Shown here: positions 44,207 through 53,109 of the stretch, one piece after another
How positions within the stretch are numbered: position 1 is the stretch's first letter
How the letters are laid out: every line of letters begins with the position of its first letter
DNA from: Nitrospirota bacterium
Lineage (GTDB): Bacteria; Nitrospirota; UBA9217
Assembly: GCA_020052615.1 (NCBI GenBank)
Contig: JAGVOT010000123.1
Coordinates: 88,047-152,046, forward strand
DNA: 64,000 nucleotides
Direction: 5' to 3'
Notes under the pieces: model-generated
The model's database searches: none
What the model was told of the DNA's origin: nothing
Seen by the model: the letters and a program-made list of their open reading frames with translations, nothing else
Made by a program: the position numbers and the translations under genes

Positions 44207-44758
44207 TCAGCGCTGGAGTACAGGCGTTTTGTGCCTCAGCCGTTCGTACAGCTCCATCTCCCGCCGGGAGAGATCGAAACTTCCCCGTTCAGCGTAGATC
44301 AAGCCCAGATACTGGTGGACATCAGGTTCATAGGGATTCAGGTCCCGCGCCCGAAGCAGGAATCCCAGTGCCTTGTTCGTATTCTTCAATGTGGTGTAGT
44401 TGAGGACGCCCAGGTTGTAATAGGCGGTTGGATCGTCCGGCTGGTAGGATATGGCCCGCTCATAGGCATTGATGGCCTTTTCGATCTGGTTTGTTTTCTC
44501 AAATACCAGACCAAGATTGATGTATATCTGGGGTTGATAAGGATTGAGCTCAAGGGACCTGGCGAGGACCCTGAGAGCTCCGGCATGGTCTCCCTTGTTC
44601 AGCAGGTGGAGGCCCAGTTCGTTGTAGGCGCGCGCCTTTCGGGGAGATTTTGCTATGATATCTTCCCACGTCCTTCCCTCATCGTACCATATCTCATTTC
44701 GAGCGAACGAGACCGCCGCGAGGGCGGCGAGCAACGCCCAGGCCAGGTAGTTCTTCAT
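44207..44758 (-). CDS. Secreted TPR-repeat protein
   Basis: Signal peptide (MKNYLAWALLAALAAVSFA). Four or five TPR units (AYNELGLHLLNKGDHAGAL...). Confidence 0.7.
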   Translation of the reverse strand: MKNYLAWALLAALAAVSFARNEIWYDEGRTWEDIIAKSPRKARAYNELGLHLLNKGDHAGALRVLARSLELNPYQPQIYINLGLVFEKTNQIEKAINAYERAISYQPDDPTAYYNLGVLNYTTLKNTNKALGFLLRARDLNPYEPDVHQYLGLIYAERGSFDLSRREMELYERLRHKTPVLQR

Positions 44759-45065
44759 GCGACCGTTGTAACATATTTGGGGGCAAAGAACAAGGTTGAC
44801 GAGCCGCGAAAGAATGTCGTCCAGGGTCCGTCAGAACGTTCATGTCGCGGACCTGAGCACTGTTCAAACGGCCTGGCTCCTAATGCGGATCGATGACAGA
44901 GCATGGTATCCACAGCGTTAGAGATAACAGCCGACTTCTGTCGGCGGTACATGTCCTCAGATCATGGTTCAAAGTAAAAATCTTATATCGCTAGAGAAGT
45001 TCTCTCACGGGGTGAGCTGTTTCCGGTTGACGGAATGCGGCCGATGGATTATGATTGCCACGATC

Positions 45066-46091
45066 ATGAGGATATTATTCGTAAAATTGTCGGCCATCGG
45101 CGACGTGGTTCAGGCCCTGCCTTGCCTTGAGGCCGTCAAAAAGACCTTTCCCGGAAGCGAGATCGACTGGGTTGTCGAGGAGGCCGCGGCTGGCATCCTG
45201 GAAGGCCATCCGCTCATTGACCGGCTTCTGATAAGCCGCAGGAGATCATGGATGCCCATGCTGGGCCGCCCATCGACGTTCATGGGGGCGATGGGAGAGA
45301 TCGCCGGTTTTTTCCGCCAGCTGCGCGAGAGGCGGTACGACATCGCCATCGATCTTCAAGGGCTGTTGAAAAGCGGCGTCATCATCGGCGCTGCCCGTGC
45401 GACACGGAAGATAGGCTTTTACGGGACGCGGGAGTTGTCTTATCTCTTTTTGAACGAACGCCTGCCCGCCTATGACAAGAACAAACACGCCCTGGAACGG
45501 TATCTTGATGTGGCGCGCTATCTGGGCGCCGTCGATCCATCACCCACCTGTACGCTGCCCATCGAGCGGGAGCGTGAGGTCATGAGGCAGCGCATAACCG
45601 GTATGATGAGGCATGGTCAAAGGCTTGTTGTGATTAATCCTGTCGCGCGGTGGAAGACCAAGCTCTGGGATGAGAAAAAGTTCGCCTTGCTCGCGGACCG
45701 GCTGGTCGCCGAACGGCATGCAGTGGTGATCTTTACCGGGAGCCCCGATGACCGGATGGTCACGAAGCGGATAGGGGGCATGATGCGGGAGAAGGCGGTG
45801 AACTGGGCCGGCGAGACGACGCTCAGGGAACTGGCCGCCCTGGCATCGCTGGCTGACCTGTTTATCACCACGGACACGGGTCCCATGCATCTGGCTGCAG
45901 CCGCAGGCGCCAGGGTGTTGGCGCTCTTCGGCCCCACTGCGCCCTGGAGAACGGGCCCCTACGGCCCCGGCCACGCAGTGGTCAGAAAAGGACTTGCCTG
46001 CTCCCCCTGTTTCCAGCGCAGCTGTGATGTCGGCGTTCGGTGCATGGAGGAAATAACGGTCGAGGAAGTGATGGAGAAGGCAGGGGAGTAA
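45066..46091 (+). CDS. ADP-heptose:LPS heptosyltransferase (GT9 family, RfaF/WaaC-like)
   Basis: N-terminus MRILFVKLSAIGDVVQALP and C-terminal TTDTGPMHLAAA motif. The ORF can extend to 44964. Confidence 0.85.
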   Translation: MRILFVKLSAIGDVVQALPCLEAVKKTFPGSEIDWVVEEAAAGILEGHPLIDRLLISRRRSWMPMLGRPSTFMGAMGEIAGFFRQLRERRYDIAIDLQGLLKSGVIIGAARATRKIGFYGTRELSYLFLNERLPAYDKNKHALERYLDVARYLGAVDPSPTCTLPIEREREVMRQRITGMMRHGQRLVVINPVARWKTKLWDEKKFALLADRLVAERHAVVIFTGSPDDRMVTKRIGGMMREKAVNWAGETTLRELAALASLADLFITTDTGPMHLAAAAGARVLALFGPTAPWRTGPYGPGHAVVRKGLACSPCFQRSCDVGVRCMEEITVEEVMEKAGE

Positions 46092-46252
46092 GCCGCTATT
46101 CAAAAATCATTAACAGAACGCTTGATCCTTCGTTATGAATCCAGGAACGAGCGATTGGAATAATGACAACAATCTTGAGGATCGAAGATCCCCTTTCCCG
46201 CTGGGCGGGACTGCAGGGAGATCCACTGTCGGAACTCGAATATCGAATGATT

Positions 46253-46699
46253 TTATCTGTGCATCTCAACCGTTCTGTCGATGAAGCGGATGATCTGGTC
46301 GAGGGGCAGCCTGCGGTCCTCAAGCGCCCAGAAATAGAACTCGTCAAGAGAGGTAAAGGGGCCCAAGGACGTCAGGCGTGAGACAAGGGCTGATTGCGCC
46401 GCATCGTCTGCGATCACCTGTCCTTCTTCCACAATACGGCTGAGAAGTGCGGGGAAGGCATTGAGCCAGGAAGAATATCGTTTCGCGTCCTCGCGATGTA
46501 TCTTCTTTTTGATGAGGTTCAGCACCAGGTGGTACAAGCTCTCCTGATCGCCGATCATGTGCTCCGGCTCGATCAGGATCGAATGCATCCCGATGGATTG
46601 GACGATCTCTGCATACTTGCCGTGTTCAAAAAGCTCGTTGATGGTCGTCCTGAGAGATTCCAGCTTTTCCACGCTTGATACGGTGACAAGATCCGGCAT
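46253..46699 (-). CDS. Hypothetical protein (148 aa)
   Basis: Continuous ORF with normal codon usage. No domain recognised. Confidence 0.4.
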   Translation of the reverse strand: MPDLVTVSSVEKLESLRTTINELFEHGKYAEIVQSIGMHSILIEPEHMIGDQESLYHLVLNLIKKKIHREDAKRYSSWLNAFPALLSRIVEEGQVIADDAAQSALVSRLTSLGPFTSLDEFYFWALEDRRLPLDQIIRFIDRTVEMHR

Positions 46700-46821
46700 T
46701 ATGTTCCCTCCGTGCGGCAGGATAGTCCGAGCGGCATAATAGTATAATAATTCAGCAGGGGAGGCAAGACAAATATTTTATCTACCTCTCCACCGGTCAC
46801 TCGGACCAATGCAAATTCCCC

Positions 46822-46850
46822 TTGACTTTGAAACAGTTATCTTCTATAGT
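46822..46850 (+). promoter_or_regulatory. Sigma-70-type promoter for ihfA
   Basis: TTGACT (46822-46827), a 17-nt spacer, TATAGT (46845-46850). AGGAGG lies 6 nt before the ATG at 46873. Confidence 0.6.
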
Positions 46851-46872
46851 ATCGCACGTTCAGGAGGTGTAT

Positions 46873-47187
46873 ATGACCAAAGCAGACATCATCTCAGACG
46901 TTTTTGACAAGGTCGGCCTGCCGAAACAGGACGCGGAAGAGCTGGTGGAGATGATCCTGGACACCATAAAGCAGACACTGAAACAGAGCGAGACGGTCAA
47001 ACTCTCGGGATTCGGGAACTTTGTGGTGCGGAAAAAACGTTCAAGAAAAGGACGTAATCCCAAAACAGGCCAGGAGATCGAGATCACACCGCGCAGCGTC
47101 GTGAGCTTCCGGCCGAGCATGATTTTCAAGGAACATGTCATTGAGTCAACAGAATCAACAGCCTCTGCAGCCCCGGCAGCCGAGTAA
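46873..47187 (+). CDS. ihfA: Integration host factor subunit alpha (HU/IHF family)
   Basis: N-terminus MTKADIISDVFDKVGLPKQDAEELVE. The conserved beta-arm is GFGNFVVRKKRSRKGRNPKTGQEIEI. Confidence 0.9.
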   Translation: MTKADIISDVFDKVGLPKQDAEELVEMILDTIKQTLKQSETVKLSGFGNFVVRKKRSRKGRNPKTGQEIEITPRSVVSFRPSMIFKEHVIESTESTASAAPAAE

Positions 47188-47482
47188 GCTTTTCTACCGG
47201 ATCGGGGAGGTGAGCAGGATATCGGGCCTCGAGCCCTATGTTTTACGGTACTGGGAGACGGAATTCCCCCATCTCAGGCCCGAGAAAAGAAAATCAGGCC
47301 AGCGTCTTTACACCAAGAAGGACCTCGATAACATCCTCCAGGTAAAGCGGCTTCTCTATCAGAACGGCTATACCATTTCGGGCGCCAAAAAGAAACTGCG
47401 GGGGCGGTCCGGACAGGATACGGATGATATCCTTGAAACGACGAAGAAAGAGATCCGGGAGATATTAGAGCTGTTAAAATAA
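47135..47482 (+). CDS. MerR-family transcriptional regulator
   Basis: MerR HTH YRIGEVSRISGLEPYVLRYWE. The only in-frame start overlaps the ihfA end by 53 nt. Confidence 0.75.
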   Translation: MSLSQQNQQPLQPRQPSKLFYRIGEVSRISGLEPYVLRYWETEFPHLRPEKRKSGQRLYTKKDLDNILQVKRLLYQNGYTISGAKKKLRGRSGQDTDDILETTKKEIREILELLK

Positions 47483-47569
47483 TAGCGCAATCCGTATTGT
47501 TAAAAGTTAACGAGCATCGATCTGTAAGTCTGCCTGGTGCAGGCTGGTTCTGTGGATTTCCAAAGAAAT

Positions 47570-47646
47570 CGGGGTGTGGCGCAGCCTGGTAGCGCACTCG
47601 CTTGGGGTGCGAGTGGTCGGCCGTTCAAATCGGCTCACCCCGACCA
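47570..47646 (+). tRNA. tRNA-Pro (anticodon GGG)
   Basis: Cloverleaf read directly: acceptor CGGGGTG/CACCCCG, D-arm GCGC-AGCCTGGTA-GCGC, anticodon arm CTCGC-TTGGGGT-GCGAG, T-arm GGCCG-TTCAAAT-CGGCT, discriminator A and an encoded CCA. Confidence 0.85.
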
Positions 47647-47652
47647 TTGTAC

Positions 47653-47690
47653 AAAGCCGTAACTCATTAGAGTTACGGCTTTTTTTATTC
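47653..47690 (+). terminator. Rho-independent terminator after tRNA-Pro
   Basis: AAAGCCGTAACTC-atta-GAGTTACGGCTTT followed by TTTTTTATT. Confidence 0.75.
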
Positions 47691-47807
47691 CAGCCGATAC
47701 CCTGAAAATACCCCGAAAGAAAGATGTTTTTCCTTTGACTAGGACAGCGCCAGCATGGTATAAATACCTGTCAATATTACGAAAAATAAGACTATGGGGT
47801 TTTCTTC

Positions 47808-48365
47808 GTGACTGTTGCTAGGTTCAATTTTACCCACAAATTAAGAAAAGAACCCATAATCATAATTTTATGCATGCTTGGCATTATCTCGGCCATTGGA
47901 TCAAGCTTTGTGTCAGCAGAGAAACAGGAAGGGAAAGCGAGAAAACCCCGCTTTGAGCTTTCCGAGGTGGCACTTGTCGACAATAAGACCAGGCTCATGT
48001 GGCTGCTGAACGGACAGCTGGCTGAACAGACCGTTTCCTGGGATGACGCCTTTGATTATATCGCCAACCTGAACCGTGAACACTATGGTGGTCACAAGAA
48101 CTGGAGACTGCCCTCGCGGGAAGAGCTGGAAACACTGGTAGGACATGTGAAGGAGCAGGGATTCGGCAGCGATCGCGTCGGTACCGTAGCTTCGGGCCTG
48201 CATGCTCTGGGCATGAAAAGCATCAAAGAAGATGACTATTGGACCTCAACGGAACACGTTTATAATTCCGGAGAGGCGTGGTTCGTAAATATGAGGAACG
48301 GCGGGATCGGGATCGGAATGAAGACCCTCTACTGTTCCATACTACCGGTCCGTTCTTTGCCGTAG
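47808..48365 (+). CDS. DUF1566 (Lcl C-terminal domain) protein with an N-terminal membrane anchor
   Basis: The DUF1566 signature is present (DNKTRLMW...WRLPSREELETL). Low-GC 5' end. First gene after the tRNA. Confidence 0.6.
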   Translation: MTVARFNFTHKLRKEPIIIILCMLGIISAIGSSFVSAEKQEGKARKPRFELSEVALVDNKTRLMWLLNGQLAEQTVSWDDAFDYIANLNREHYGGHKNWRLPSREELETLVGHVKEQGFGSDRVGTVASGLHALGMKSIKEDDYWTSTEHVYNSGEAWFVNMRNGGIGIGMKTLYCSILPVRSLP

Positions 48366-48436
48366 ACATTGGCAGCAGGTTCGGTCGTGGTCGGCTATCG
48401 GCAGTGCCTGTGAGGCACCGCCGTGGGAGGTGGTGT

Positions 48437-49681
48437 ATGGCGGCATATGGGATGCAGACCAAGAGCGCTTGTCGAGAAGCGATAATACCTATCGTCGTTC
48501 TGTTCTCGCTTGTTCTTTCTGCTGGTTTCCCTCCTTTCGCATCAGGGCAGGACCAGTTCGTCGGTAACGTCAAACTGGTGGAAAGCAAGGACCCTGCACA
48601 GCATCCGCATATTGTCCGCGTCGGCTATTCGGCACTCATCGATATCAAGCCCGGTGACGCTGTCTTCATAGGGGACACCCTGAAGACCGGTGAAGAAGTC
48701 AAGGCCCAGATCAAACTGTCGGACGGCTCGATCATTACCGTCGCACCGAATTCGAGCGTTCAGATGAAAGGCTACCTTGTCGACCGCGAGCAGGGGACCC
48801 GCAATTCCGTGTTGAGGACGATGAAGGGGACCATCCGCTTCGTGATCTCCAGGCTGTTCAAGCCACACGCCGGGGGAAACGACATAAAATGGAAGGACTC
48901 GAACGTTACTATTGAGACCCAGAACGCGGTTGCCGGCGTGCGGGGTACGGACCTTGCGGTGACCAGCGGAGAGAACGACACGGAGATCGCCGTTTTCGAA
49001 GGCGCCGTCAGCGTGAAAAGCTCTTCTTCCTCGGTGAACGGAGCCATCATGCTTGGAGCCGACCAGGTCACCACCGTTAAGAAAGGCAAGTCACCCGAGC
49101 CCGCGTCGGCGCTTTCGTCCGGCCGCAGGGAATCGCTGGTCCGTTTGACCACACTTACCAATCCGAGATCGGCAAATGGCGTGCAGGGCGGGGCTCCGAA
49201 AAAGATCGCGAAATATAATGATAAGGACGTCGCGCGAGACCTGGCCGAGGGGACCAATCTGAGTGCGGTCATGGACAAGGCGGTCGAATCGGGTTTGCCC
49301 ATCGAGCAGGTTGTCGAGGCCATGCTTGATGCGGGCGTGAATCCGTCAATCGTCGTCTATACCGCGGTCATCGAAGGGTATTCGGCCAAGCAGGTCGTCT
49401 CAGCTGCCGTTGTGAATGGCGCGCCGTTGAGCGTCGTAACAGCCGCGGCGATCGGCGCCGGGGCGGACAAGAAGGTCGTCATTTCAGGCGCTATGGATGC
49501 CGGTGCGCCGCCTGCCGCGATCGCGACCGCTGTCGCCAACGGTACCGCGCCTGGTGCGCCGGTCTACGGTACTTCTATCCTCCTGGACCCTACGCCGTTG
49601 GCACTGATACCAGCCCCTGCGCCGGCCATCAGCGGAGGAGGCGGAGGTACTCCCTCGACACAGCTGGCGAGCCCTCGATAA
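48437..49681 (+). CDS. Secreted FecR-domain protein with a C-terminal Ala/Val-rich repeat region
   Basis: Signal peptide, then a FecR-like beta domain (IKPGDAVFIGDTLKTGEEVKAQIKLSDGSIITVAPNSSV). The C-terminal ~120 aa are degenerate A/V/G repeats. Confidence 0.65.
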   Translation: MAAYGMQTKSACREAIIPIVVLFSLVLSAGFPPFASGQDQFVGNVKLVESKDPAQHPHIVRVGYSALIDIKPGDAVFIGDTLKTGEEVKAQIKLSDGSIITVAPNSSVQMKGYLVDREQGTRNSVLRTMKGTIRFVISRLFKPHAGGNDIKWKDSNVTIETQNAVAGVRGTDLAVTSGENDTEIAVFEGAVSVKSSSSSVNGAIMLGADQVTTVKKGKSPEPASALSSGRRESLVRLTTLTNPRSANGVQGGAPKKIAKYNDKDVARDLAEGTNLSAVMDKAVESGLPIEQVVEAMLDAGVNPSIVVYTAVIEGYSAKQVVSAAVVNGAPLSVVTAAAIGAGADKKVVISGAMDAGAPPAAIATAVANGTAPGAPVYGTSILLDPTPLALIPAPAPAISGGGGGTPSTQLASPR

Positions 49682-49831
49682 GCCGTAGGGATCACGGAAG
49701 GAAAACTGAAGATGTCTGCGAACATGCTGGCCTGCTAGCAGGTAAGCTCTTTTAAACCATCCGCTTGTCAGCGCGTTAGTGGGCATCCTTGCTGGCAATA
49801 TGCAAAATTATTTGAAAGGATCATCTACCGG

Positions 49832-50995
49832 ATGAGCATCGCACATAGGCTCGCCATTGTCTTGCTCCTGGCGGTTTGTTTTCTTTCGGAAAGAGCTGAG
49901 GCAGAGGGGAACATGCGTCTTGGTAAAATGGAAATCCATCCCTTCGTTTCGCTGAAGGAGGTCTTCAGCGATAACATCTACAGCACGCCTGCAGATCTGA
50001 AGAGAGATTCCATTACCGTCGCAACTCCGGGCGTGAAGCTCCAGTGGCCCTTCGGGATGCACCGTCTGGAAGCTGAGTACTACGCCGTGGACAGCCGGTA
50101 CGGCACGTATAAGGGTGAGAACACGACCGATCACCATGCCAAGGGTCTGCTGGGCCTCAAGCTAGGCAGTCTGTTCAGCCTGTCGGCGGGCGGCGCCTTT
50201 GACAAGGGGCACGAGCCACGGAGTTCATCCGCCACAGGCTTCATCGAGGTATTCAGGACCAATACCGGGTCGGCATCGGCAGCCTATCAACTGACCGGGA
50301 AGTCGAAGATACAGTTGGATTACAGCAGGTACGCCTGGAACTTCATGACCAGCAATTTCCGTGACCGCGACGAGGCGATCATGGCAGGGTATCTCTACTA
50401 TCGATTCCTGCCCAAGACATCGGCCTTCATCGAGTATGAGCGCAAGGCCGTTGATTTTACCGAAGCTACCACAACATTGGACAATGCCATGGATTCCCTA
50501 TTGCTCGGCCTCACGTGGGAGATGACCGGACGCTCCAAGGGGACCATCAAGGGTGGCAGGACGTCAAAGGACTTCAAGGATCCCGCGATAAAGGATTTCT
50601 CGGTCTGGACCTGGTCCGTCGACCTGAGCCATAAATTCAGTGAATTGACCTCACTGTCGCTGGTAGGTTCTCGCCAGGTTAACGAGACGAACTGGTACGG
50701 GACCGCCTATTTCATCACGACCGGCGCTTACGGAGAGTTGAAGCACGCTTTTATGAGCAAGATGTCGCTCCTTTTGCGCGGCTCCTACGGGACCGACAGA
50801 TTCTCCAACGCGGTTCCGCCGGAAACCGAAGTGAGAGAGGACAAGACAAGGATGCTCGGGGCCGGCCTCAGATATACCATGAAGGACTGGCTGGAATTCG
50901 GCGCTGATTACAACAAGAGGAACAGGGATTCCAACCGCAACACGAACGATTACCACGAGACCCAGTATATCCTTTCGGCGAATATGGCGTTTTGA
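49832..50995 (+). CDS. Outer-membrane beta-barrel protein, probably polysaccharide-export associated
   Basis: Signal peptide. Alternating amphipathic beta-strands with aromatic girdle residues. C-terminal aromatic residue (ANMAF). Sits in the EPS locus. Confidence 0.55.
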   Translation: MSIAHRLAIVLLLAVCFLSERAEAEGNMRLGKMEIHPFVSLKEVFSDNIYSTPADLKRDSITVATPGVKLQWPFGMHRLEAEYYAVDSRYGTYKGENTTDHHAKGLLGLKLGSLFSLSAGGAFDKGHEPRSSSATGFIEVFRTNTGSASAAYQLTGKSKIQLDYSRYAWNFMTSNFRDRDEAIMAGYLYYRFLPKTSAFIEYERKAVDFTEATTTLDNAMDSLLLGLTWEMTGRSKGTIKGGRTSKDFKDPAIKDFSVWTWSVDLSHKFSELTSLSLVGSRQVNETNWYGTAYFITTGAYGELKHAFMSKMSLLLRGSYGTDRFSNAVPPETEVREDKTRMLGAGLRYTMKDWLEFGADYNKRNRDSNRNTNDYHETQYILSANMAF

Positions 50996-51135
50996 AAAAT
51001 GCAGCTAACAAGCCAGCACACTGGCAGGCCAGTTACCTGGCAGGGATGTAAGCAGGTCAGCCGGTAAGCCTGCCAGCTTTGTAAGATGATCCAATCGGCA
51101 TTATGAACACCACGAGGTAGCGTATCAAGAAGGTT

Positions 51136-51801
51136 TTGCGACATATCGTAAAAGAATGTTTTGGCGGTCTTGGTCCTATTGTAGTTGCAGCGTTGGTCGT
51201 CCTCTCTTACCCTCCAATAGTCCTTTCCGCCGAACCAGAGATCGGGTCCATCACAGCAATGCGAGGCGCGGTCGTGTTGAAACGGCCGGGAGCGGAAAAC
51301 GATCTCGTCGCCACACAAGGCCTGGCGTTCAAGGTCGGTGATACCATAAAAACGGGGGTTAACTCCACTGCGCAAATAACGCTCACCGATGATTCGTTCA
51401 TGAACCTGGGACCCGGTTCCGCGGTACGGGTGAACCAGTATTCCTTCGATCAGACAGCGGGCCGAAGGACAACGATCATCCGGGTCATCGCGGGCAAAAC
51501 GCGTTTTGTCGTGTATAAACTGAGGTCGTCGGGATCGTCGTTCCGGGTCGAGGCGGGTAATGCCCTTCTTGCTCCGGGAGGTTTCGCCAATTTTGTCGTT
51601 CTGGCGTCAGCGGGACGGACGGAAGTGGTTGTGCTGGATCACGGTCTTGCCGTAAGGAATTCTCTGCCTTACGTCATCGGCAATGTCAACGTCGGAGTGA
51701 ACCAGCGGTCCGTTGTCAAAGAGAAAGAGCCGCCTACGATACCGGTGGTCATCAGCCCGCAGGAGCGGAAGGAATGGCTGAAGGATGTGAAGCAGAAATG
51801 A
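51136..51801 (+). CDS. Secreted FecR-domain protein
   Basis: Signal peptide plus a FecR-like domain (AFKVGDTIKTGVNSTAQITLTDDSFMNLGPGSAVRVN). Confidence 0.65.
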   Translation: MRHIVKECFGGLGPIVVAALVVLSYPPIVLSAEPEIGSITAMRGAVVLKRPGAENDLVATQGLAFKVGDTIKTGVNSTAQITLTDDSFMNLGPGSAVRVNQYSFDQTAGRRTTIIRVIAGKTRFVVYKLRSSGSSFRVEAGNALLAPGGFANFVVLASAGRTEVVVLDHGLAVRNSLPYVIGNVNVGVNQRSVVKEKEPPTIPVVISPQERKEWLKDVKQK

Positions 51802-51941
51802 GAAAGAGCATCATTGAATGTTCAAAAATATAGGTTCCTTGTTCAATATCTCCTTATATATACAGAGAGAGCTTTGTGAACGATCTGATCTTCATGGTAA
51901 GCAACAGTTCTGATCTTTCGAAAATTGGGAGAAAATCATAA

Positions 51942-52895
51942 ATGCATGGCTTCAAAAAACTCTTGGTTCAGGCCGGTCTTCTGGTGCTTCTCCTGCCGCT
52001 TTCCGCGACAGCCCAGCAGGAGTACGTTATTGGTGAAGGAGACCTCTTGAGGGTCACAGTCTATGATAATCCTGATCTGACCACCGAGGCCCGGGTGAGC
52101 GGCGACGGAAGGATATCCTTTCCGCTCATCGGCGAGGTGGTCGTGAACGAACTGAGCGTGGCCGATGCTGAAAAGGCGATCGCAGCCATGCTGGAAGCCG
52201 GTTATATCGTAAAGCCGCAGGTCCATATCTTCATTGCTGAATACAAGAGCAAAAAGGTTACCGTCCTCGGCGAGGTGGCGAAGCCGGGCATCGTTATTCT
52301 GCGCGGCGCATCGACGCTGATGGAAGTGCTCTCCGACGCAGGGGGCATCACGCTGAACGCGGGCGACACGATCGTCATCCAGCGGAAGCTCATCAAGCCG
52401 TCTCCTGAACGGAGGATCGCACGATCGTTGGCCGAGAAGGACGAAAAGAAGGAAAACACAAACAAGGACGACAAGAACGAAAACGCCAAAAAGGATGCGG
52501 CAAACAATATCCTCAGTGTCTTGACCGAGAAGAAGGAAAAGACCGAAAATAAAGAAAATGACGAGCTTAACGTGATTGTCGACACGAAAAGGCTCTTCGA
52601 GGAAGGCGACGTTACGGCTAACGTGCCGGTGCAGGCCGGGGACAGCATCTATGTGCCCAAGGCGGCATTTGTATATGTGAACGGCGAGGTGAAGACCCCG
52701 GGTGCCTACAAGATCACCAACGGTCTGACGGTGCTGAAGGCGATCACCATTGCAGGCGGCTTCACCATCAAAGCAAGCGAGAGCAGGACCAGGATCATCC
52801 GCAAGACGGAAAAGGGGGAGGTCAAGATCAAGGCGAAGTTCGATGATCTGGTGATGCCCGATGATATCATCATGGTGCCGGAGAGTTATTTTTGA
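51942..52895 (+). CDS. wza: Polysaccharide export outer-membrane protein (Wza/GumB family: Poly_export + SLBB)
   Basis: Signal peptide, the PES motif region (GDLLRVTVYDNPDL...ISFPLIGEV) and an SLBB domain. A Lys/Glu-rich low-complexity insert lies between the domains. Confidence 0.85.
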   Translation: MHGFKKLLVQAGLLVLLLPLSATAQQEYVIGEGDLLRVTVYDNPDLTTEARVSGDGRISFPLIGEVVVNELSVADAEKAIAAMLEAGYIVKPQVHIFIAEYKSKKVTVLGEVAKPGIVILRGASTLMEVLSDAGGITLNAGDTIVIQRKLIKPSPERRIARSLAEKDEKKENTNKDDKNENAKKDAANNILSVLTEKKEKTENKENDELNVIVDTKRLFEEGDVTANVPVQAGDSIYVPKAAFVYVNGEVKTPGAYKITNGLTVLKAITIAGGFTIKASESRTRIIRKTEKGEVKIKAKFDDLVMPDDIIMVPESYF

Positions 52896-53109
52896 AAAAA
52901 CTCACTACCACGAAACGCGAAGGCTACGAAGGCGCGCGGATGGACCAATTGCTTCTCCATCGGAAACGATTGGTAAAATATTCATGGTAAGAGTTAAAAT
53001 GTATTGCATCCAAGCCAGTCGTATTCTCACTTCTTCGTGAACGTCATGGTGCTGACAGAATTCAGTTGTCTTTGATAGTCCAAAGTGAATTGTAAAAGGA
53101 GTCTGTGAA

